Source: Microbispora sp.
GTDB lineage: Bacteria; Actinomycetota; Actinomycetes; Streptosporangiales; Streptosporangiaceae
Assembly (NCBI GenBank): GCA_019689655.1
Contig: JADGHC010000001.1
Coordinates: 1-58,790 of the forward strand
Reading direction: 5' to 3'
DNA: 58,790 nucleotides
Under the pieces are notes generated by a model. It did no database searches. It was not told the origin of the DNA and saw nothing but the letters and a program-made list of their open reading frames with translations. The position numbers and the translations under genes are program-made. Shown piece by piece: positions 53,630-58,790 of this stretch (position 1 is the first letter of the stretch; the number at the start of each line of letters is the position of its first letter).

Positions 53630-54385
53630 TCAGCTGGTGGCGCCCCAGGTGACGGACAGGCCGGTGGCGGCGCGTTCGGTGCGGATCTCCATCATGCTGC
53701 CGAGGACCGTGGCGTGGTCGTACACCACGGGCGTGGCGTCGAGCGTGTAGGTGATGCGGGTGCTGACGAGCACCGGGCTGCCCTGCGGCTCGTGAAGGTG
53801 ACGGGCGGCGGCGGAGTCGAGCAGGCCGGGCCGGACCACCTCGGACGCCCGGGCGACCACGACTCCGGCGTCGGCGAGGGCCGAGTAGAGGGTGACGACG
53901 GTGAAGTCGCGGTCGCGGATCGCGTCGGCCACCGGCCGGCGGACCCAGGACACCTGGTGCACGGCGGGACGCCCCCCGAACTCGCGGACCCGCTCCAGCC
54001 GCAGGGCGGTCTCGCCCGGAGGCAGCCGCAGCCGCGCGGCGACCCGGGCGGGAGCCCGGCGCATCGCCCGCCCGGTCACCACGGTACGCACGTCGTGGCC
54101 TTGCTTACGCAGGTCGTCGGCGAGACTGCGGAGCGAGTCGAGCTGGTACGCCAGGTGGGGCGGGGCGACGAACGTGCCCCTGCCGGGCTGCTGCACGATC
54201 AGCTTCTCATCGCTGAGCAGCCGCAACGCCTGGCGCAGCGTCATCAGGGTCACCCCGTAGGAGGCGCTCAGTTCCCGCTGCGGCGGCAGCGCTTCACCCG
54301 GGGCGTACTCTCCCGACCGGATCTTCGCGGCGAGGTCGGCGGCGATCGCGCGGTATCTCGCCTCGTGTCCGGCGTCGGGGGTCAT
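53630..54385 (-). CDS. GntR/HutC-family regulator (UTRA domain)
   Basis: YRAIAADL...LPPQREL...TLRQAL...GRGTFV plus UTRA-like C-terminus. Confidence 0.9.
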   Translation of the reverse strand: MTPDAGHEARYRAIAADLAAKIRSGEYAPGEALPPQRELSASYGVTLMTLRQALRLLSDEKLIVQQPGRGTFVAPPHLAYQLDSLRSLADDLRKQGHDVRTVVTGRAMRRAPARVAARLRLPPGETALRLERVREFGGRPAVHQVSWVRRPVADAIRDRDFTVVTLYSALADAGVVVARASEVVRPGLLDSAAARHLHEPQGSPVLVSTRITYTLDATPVVYDHATVLGSMMEIRTERAATGLSVTWGATS

Positions 54386-54783
54386 CGTGCTGGGTCACAC
54401 TCCTGGTCGAGGGCCTGCCGCAGGGACGTGAGGAAGGCCCGAAGGTCGTCCGGTCCCGCCCCGTCGAGCACCCGCCGCATGATCGCGGCGCCGACCACCA
54501 CGCCGTCGGCGTGCCGGTGGGCCTCGCGTGCCCGGTCCGGGGTGGAAACGCCAAATCCTAACAAGATCGGCCGGTCGGTGACACGCCTGAGCCGCTCGGC
54601 GAGCTGCGCCGCCGACGCGGCGAGGGCGGCCCGCTCGCCGGTGGTGCCCATCAGCGACACCGCGTAGACGAAGCCACGGCTGCGGCGCGCGATCTCCGCC
54701 AGCCGCGGCTGCGGGGTCGCCGGCGAGGCCAGCAGGGCCGGCTCGATCCCGGCCGCGCCCGCGGCCGTGATGGAACTCGTCAC
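54382..54783 (-). pseudogene. trpA: Tryptophan synthase alpha chain lacking its N-terminal half
   Basis: SRGFVYAVSLMGTTG, GFGVS and ADGVVVGAAI present; only 133 aa. Confidence 0.8.
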
Positions 54784-55427
54784 AGCATCTCCTTCAGGGT
54801 CGAGACGTCCTTGTCGCCCCGGCCGGACGACGTCATGAGCACGGTCGATCCCGCGGGCAGGTCGCCGCGGTCCGCCGCGCGGATCACCCAGGCGAGGGCG
54901 TGCGCCGATTCGAGCGCGGGGACGATGCCTTCGGTGCGCGCCAGCCGTACCGCCGCGCGGACCGCCTCGTCGTCAGTGACCGTGACGTAGCGGGCCCGGC
55001 CCAGGTCGCGCAGGTGGGCGTGCTCCGGGCCGACCCCCGGGTAGTCGAGCCCGGCGGCGATGGAGTGCGCCTGGATGATCTGCCCGTCGCCGTCCTGCAG
55101 GAACAGCGAGCGGGAGCCGTGCAGGACGCCGAGCCGGCCGCGGGACGCCCCGGCGCCGCCCTCCGCCTCGACGCCGACCGACAGCCGGTGGGCCGGGGTC
55201 AGCGGGGTCGGCCGCCCGGCGTGCACCGCCAGCAGCCGTGCCAGGGCGCCGCGGAACCCCGGGTCCGCCCAGGCGTCCCGGAACGCCTCGTCCACCTGGC
55301 GGCACGCCTCCGCCAGGGACTCCGGCGCGTACCGTCCGCCGTATTCGCCGAACCGGCCCCGCACTCCGGGGTCGCCCATCGTCCCGCCCGGCGCGACCGG
55401 CGCGCGCGATGGCAGCAGATCTCGCAC
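54780..55427 (-). pseudogene. trpB: Tryptophan synthase beta chain with in-frame deletion of the PLP-binding core
   Basis: FGEYGGRYAPE and GRPTPL joined to VGVEA..SIAAGLDYPGVGPEH..PALESAHA..SGRGDKD; KREDLxHTGxHK absent. Confidence 0.85.
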
Positions 55428-55442
55428 GCCATGCCTCCTATC

Positions 55443-55472
55443 GTTCTATAACTCTTCGGAGAGTTCTATAAC
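55443..55472. promoter_or_regulatory. Direct repeat of a near-palindrome upstream of trpB (candidate GntR operator)
   Basis: GTTCTATAAC at 55443 and 55463. Confidence 0.6.
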
Positions 55473-55609
55473 AGCGAGTCTGACATGGGCGGAGCGGGCG
55501 CGCCACCCCTCGGTGCCGGGATTTCCGCGCCGCCCCGGTGCGGCCCGGCTGGGACGGGACCGCCCGCCCGTCGCCGGAGCCCGCCGGAGACGGGGCATAC
55601 GCTGATGGG

Positions 55610-55795
55610 GTGCGACGCCGGAAGAAGGCGTACCTGGCGATGATGGGCACGTGCCTCACGTTGTTCGTGCTGGCCGGCGCCGTCGTCCGGATGTTCTCCA
55701 CCACCGCGGCGATCGTGATGGTCGTGGTGGCACTGGTGATCCCGCCGTTCGCCGTGATCGTCGCCAACCGCCGCGACGACGATCGGGACGGGTGA
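55610..55795 (+). CDS. DUF3099-like small membrane protein
   Basis: RRKKAYLAMMGTCL...IPPFAVIVAN; TACGCT -10 box 6 nt before GTG. Confidence 0.8.
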   Translation: MRRRKKAYLAMMGTCLTLFVLAGAVVRMFSTTAAIVMVVVALVIPPFAVIVANRRDDDRDG

Positions 55796-55855
55796 CGCCT
55801 GCGCGGGCCGCCCGTACGGCGAGTTGACGGGCGGGCGCCCGGTGACGGGTGGTGC

Positions 55856-56809
55856 TCAGCGGGCGGCGCCGGGGACGTGGAGCCGGTCCACGGCCTCGCG
55901 GCGGCGGCGCTCGGGCCGCCGATCGTAACGGGCGGTGGTGGCGGGGGAGGCGTGGCCGACCAGCGCCTGGGCGGTGGCCAGGTCGACCCCGGCGTCGAGC
56001 AGCTCGCCGATGAACGTGCGGCGGAAGTCGTGCGGCGTACGGCGGGCGGTGCCGGCCGCGGCCAGCCGCCGGGAGACGATGTCGGCGACCGCCTGTCCGG
56101 TCATGTGCGCCATCCGCAGCCGTCCGCCCTTGTTGACAGGGCAGAACAACGGCCCGGGCGCCCGCCCGCGTACGGCGAGCCACAGGTCGAGGCGTTCGAC
56201 GGCCTGCGTGGTCAGGTAGACCAGACGCTCTTTGTCGCCCTTTCCGCGCACCCGGAGCGAGCGCGCGTGGGGGTCGAAGTCGGCCAGGGTGAGCCCGGCG
56301 ATCTCGGCCCGGCGGCAGCCGGTGGAGTAGAGAGCGGCCAGCAGGGCGCCGTCGCGGCGGCCGGCGGGGGAGGGGTCGTCGTCGCACACCTTCAGCACGG
56401 CCGCGAGCGCCTCGGGCTCGACGTGCCGCCCGGCGGGGACGCGGGTGTGCTTGTAGGCGGGCAGATCGGCCGCGCGCTGGTAGTCCTCGCCGCTCATCAG
56501 GCCGAGCCGCCACGCCTCCTTCAGCACGCGGCGCAGGGCGACCAGGTGCTTGTTGACGGTGGCGGGCGACCAGCCCTGCTCCCGCATCAGGGTGCGCAGC
56601 CGGGTCGTGTGCTCGTAGCGGAGCAGTTCCCAGGGCTGGCCGGCACCGGTCGCCTCCGGGTCGCCGGTGATGAGGCGGGCGATGCGGTCGAGGCAACCCT
56701 TCATCGTGCGCTTGGACTCGGGGCTCTGCAGCGCGTCGAGATACACCTGGTAGGGGTCACGGCCGGGCCGCGCGGGGGCGTTCCGCTCGGGGACCGCGGG
56801 GACGTTCAT
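55856..56809 (-). CDS. Tyrosine recombinase/integrase (XerC/D or Cre-like fold)
   Basis: Core-binding ATVNKHLVALR; catalytic R (GCRRAE), K (GKGDK), HxxR (PHDFRR), GH and Y (TARYDR). Confidence 0.92.
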   Translation of the reverse strand: MNVPAVPERNAPARPGRDPYQVYLDALQSPESKRTMKGCLDRIARLITGDPEATGAGQPWELLRYEHTTRLRTLMREQGWSPATVNKHLVALRRVLKEAWRLGLMSGEDYQRAADLPAYKHTRVPAGRHVEPEALAAVLKVCDDDPSPAGRRDGALLAALYSTGCRRAEIAGLTLADFDPHARSLRVRGKGDKERLVYLTTQAVERLDLWLAVRGRAPGPLFCPVNKGGRLRMAHMTGQAVADIVSRRLAAAGTARRTPHDFRRTFIGELLDAGVDLATAQALVGHASPATTARYDRRPERRRREAVDRLHVPGAAR

Positions 56810-56826
56810 CGCGTCGATCCTACTAT

Positions 56827-56849
56827 GAATCTACAGTGTAAAGGCGGTG
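56827..56849 (+). other. Motif copy D, in the recombinase promoter
   Basis: GAATCTACAGTGTAAAGGCGGTG, 17 bp upstream of the recombinase ATG. Confidence 0.65.
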
Positions 56850-56887
56850 GCTTATTGCAAGATCATCTATCCCGCCAAACAAAAACC

Positions 56888-57268
56888 TCAACGAAGAGGA
56901 AAGCCCACGCAGGCCCGGCACGCGAGCAGCTCGGAGACCATCGCCGCCACACGCTCCGCCCTCGTGGGTGAAAGCGGTGACACGTTGAGGGCGTCGAGAG
57001 CGGTGAGGGTGATCGGGCCGTCGACAGAGCGGTCTCCGGCGAGGATGAGCGCGGCGGCTTCGGCGCGGCCGGTCCGGGAGACGGGGCCGTCCGCCGGGGC
57101 CATGATTGTTCCGGTGCGCTGCCGGGGGCCGAGGAGCCAGTCCGGGCTGTGGGTGTAGAAGCCGTTGCGCAGCGAGGTCCAGGCGATGCCGGTGTCGGCG
57201 AGGAGCGCTTCGAGTTCGGCCTGCAGCGCGTGCTCGACGGGCATCGGGGCGTTCGTCAACTCCCGCAC
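56888..57268 (-). pseudogene. Internal remnant of an NmrA/YtfG-like NAD(P)-binding protein
   Basis: LEALLADTGIAWTSLRNGFY...APADGPVS...AEAAALIL; no Rossmann N-terminus. Confidence 0.6.
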
Positions 57269-57383
57269 GGCCGGATAAGGCGTCGTTCAAAGAGTCGGCA
57301 GGCCGCGCGCGCCTGCGTGACTACGCCCCTCCCGTCCGGAGAACCTGCCGGAACGGGGTTCCGTACGGACGGGGAGCGGGGCG

Positions 57384-57926
57384 ATGGTCGAGGGCGAGGC
57401 CGGGGCCGGTCCGACACCGGCCAGTCTGCGGCTGCCGGGCATCCTGCTCGGGGTGGGACTCGGCGGGTTCGTCGACGGGATCTTGTTCCACCAGCTCCTG
57501 CAGTGGCATCACATGCTGAGCGGCACCGACGACGACCGCATCGGGGTGAAGTTCTACGACCCCCGCACCGTCTCCGGGCTGGAGATGAACACGCTGTGGG
57601 ACGGCCTGTTCCACGTCGTGTGCTGGCTCGCGGTGCTCTCCGGTCTCGCCGTGCTGTACTCGCGGATCACCCACGAGCGGCGCCGGGTGTGGACCTCGCG
57701 GGTGCTGTGGGGCTGGGTCCTGGCCGGCTGGGGGATCTTCAACCTCGTCGAGGGCGTCCTGGACCACCACATCCTGGCCATCCACCATGTCCGCGGCGGC
57801 CCCCACCAGTTGTGGTGGGACGTGGGCTTCCTCGTCCTGGGCGCGCTGCTGCTCGCCGTGGGTTACCTGCTCAGGCGCGGCGGGCGGTCCTTCGACCCGG
57901 CCCCGGTGCGAGGAGCCCCGGAATGA
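57384..57926 (+). CDS. DUF2243-like membrane protein
   Basis: GLGGFVDGILFHQLLQWHHM, DGLFH and DHHILAIHHV. Confidence 0.85.
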   Translation: MVEGEAGAGPTPASLRLPGILLGVGLGGFVDGILFHQLLQWHHMLSGTDDDRIGVKFYDPRTVSGLEMNTLWDGLFHVVCWLAVLSGLAVLYSRITHERRRVWTSRVLWGWVLAGWGIFNLVEGVLDHHILAIHHVRGGPHQLWWDVGFLVLGALLLAVGYLLRRGGRSFDPAPVRGAPE

Positions 57927-58711
57927 TGGATCACGGCACACATCTCGCGGGAGTGGCCGGCCTGCTGCCGCCGTTCCTCGCCCTGGCCGGCTACCTGCAC
58001 CTGGTGCGGCGGGCCCGTCGGCGCAACCCGGTCGCGGGCTGGAGCCGGTGGCGTACGGCGGGGTTCGCCACCGGGGTCGTCCTGTTGGCCGTGGCGCTTT
58101 CGCCGCCCGTCGTGTCGTTCGCCCACGCCGACTTCCGGGGGCACATGGTGCAGCACATGCTGATCGGCATGTACGCCCCGCCCGCACTGGTGCTGGGGGC
58201 TCCGATCACGCTGCTGCTGCGGACCCTGCCCGTCGCGGGCGCCCGGCGGCTGTCGGCCGTCGTGCACGGCCGGGCGGGCCGGCTGCTGACCCATCCGGCG
58301 ACCGCCCTGCTGCTGTCCACCGGCAGCCTCGTGGTGCTGTACTTCACCCCGCTCTACGCCGCCGTCACGGCCCGGCCCGCCGGTCACTGGCTGCTGCACG
58401 CGCACTTCCTGCTGTCGGGGTGCCTGTTCGCGCACGTCATCGCGGGTCCCGATCCCGCGCCGGCCCGGCCGGACGTCCGGGTCCGCCTGGTGTACCTCGG
58501 GTGCGCCATCGCCGTGCACGCCGCCGTCGCGCAGCTCATGTACGGCGGCTTCTGGGTGGATGTCCACGCGCCGGTTTCCGAGGTCCGGGGCGGCGCGGAG
58601 ATCATGTACTACGGCGGTGACATCGCCGAGCTTGTCCTCGCCGCCGTCCTCGTCTCCACCTGGCGCCCGCCACGCCGTCCCCGTCCTCGTGCCCGTGCCG
58701 TACGGGCCTGA
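57923..58711 (+). CDS. Cytochrome c oxidase assembly protein (Caa3_CtaG family)
   Basis: GHMVQHMLIGMYAP..LVLGAP, HAHFLLSG and GAEIMYYGGD. Confidence 0.85.
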   Translation: MMDHGTHLAGVAGLLPPFLALAGYLHLVRRARRRNPVAGWSRWRTAGFATGVVLLAVALSPPVVSFAHADFRGHMVQHMLIGMYAPPALVLGAPITLLLRTLPVAGARRLSAVVHGRAGRLLTHPATALLLSTGSLVVLYFTPLYAAVTARPAGHWLLHAHFLLSGCLFAHVIAGPDPAPARPDVRVRLVYLGCAIAVHAAVAQLMYGGFWVDVHAPVSEVRGGAEIMYYGGDIAELVLAAVLVSTWRPPRRPRPRARAVRA

Positions 58712-58790
58712 CAGACGCCTCGGCCCGCCACCGCGCCGCGGGGCGGGCCGATGCGGGGGAGGTGCTCAGGCGCCGCCGGCTATGCGCGTG

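Noticed and set aside
57271-57286. GATAAGGCGTCG at the far edge of the NmrA remnant, resembling the tail of copy C
   Set aside because: Core absent; too short to support.
55856-58790. Prophage, ICE or classical integron around the recombinase
   Set aside because: No phage or conjugation genes, no tRNA, no evident IntI-specific insertion, and no attC-type sites seen.

Overview
A 58.8 kb high-GC actinobacterial chromosomal segment; gene content suggests a filamentous actinomycete such as Streptosporangiaceae (inference). The left third holds the conserved pgsA2/cls - GDP-mannose pyrophosphorylase - garA - MerR - bifunctional nuclease - MerR - glycine riboswitch - gcvP block. The middle holds a group 2 sigma70 factor, the classical menaquinone genes menE, menB, menD and menF, and a leuA with a Leu leader peptide. 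The right half is a patchwork of small regulator/enzyme modules and damaged genes: trpB, trpA, an epimerase and a BtrH-like gene carry large internal deletions, and WYL, SDR and NmrA-like genes survive only as remnants. The most notable unexplained signal is an AT-rich directional motif, YTACWNTGTAAAGG(G)CG. It occurs four times (22429, 31505, 41343, 56831), always intergenic and always in the same orientation. One copy lies in the promoter of a solitary tyrosine recombinase with intact catalytic motifs, and another forms half of an 11-6-11 dif-like inverted repeat. This may be a non-canonical Xer/dif-like or site-specific recombination system; a TetR operator regulon is the main alternative. 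All product calls come from recognising motifs by eye. No database searches were run.
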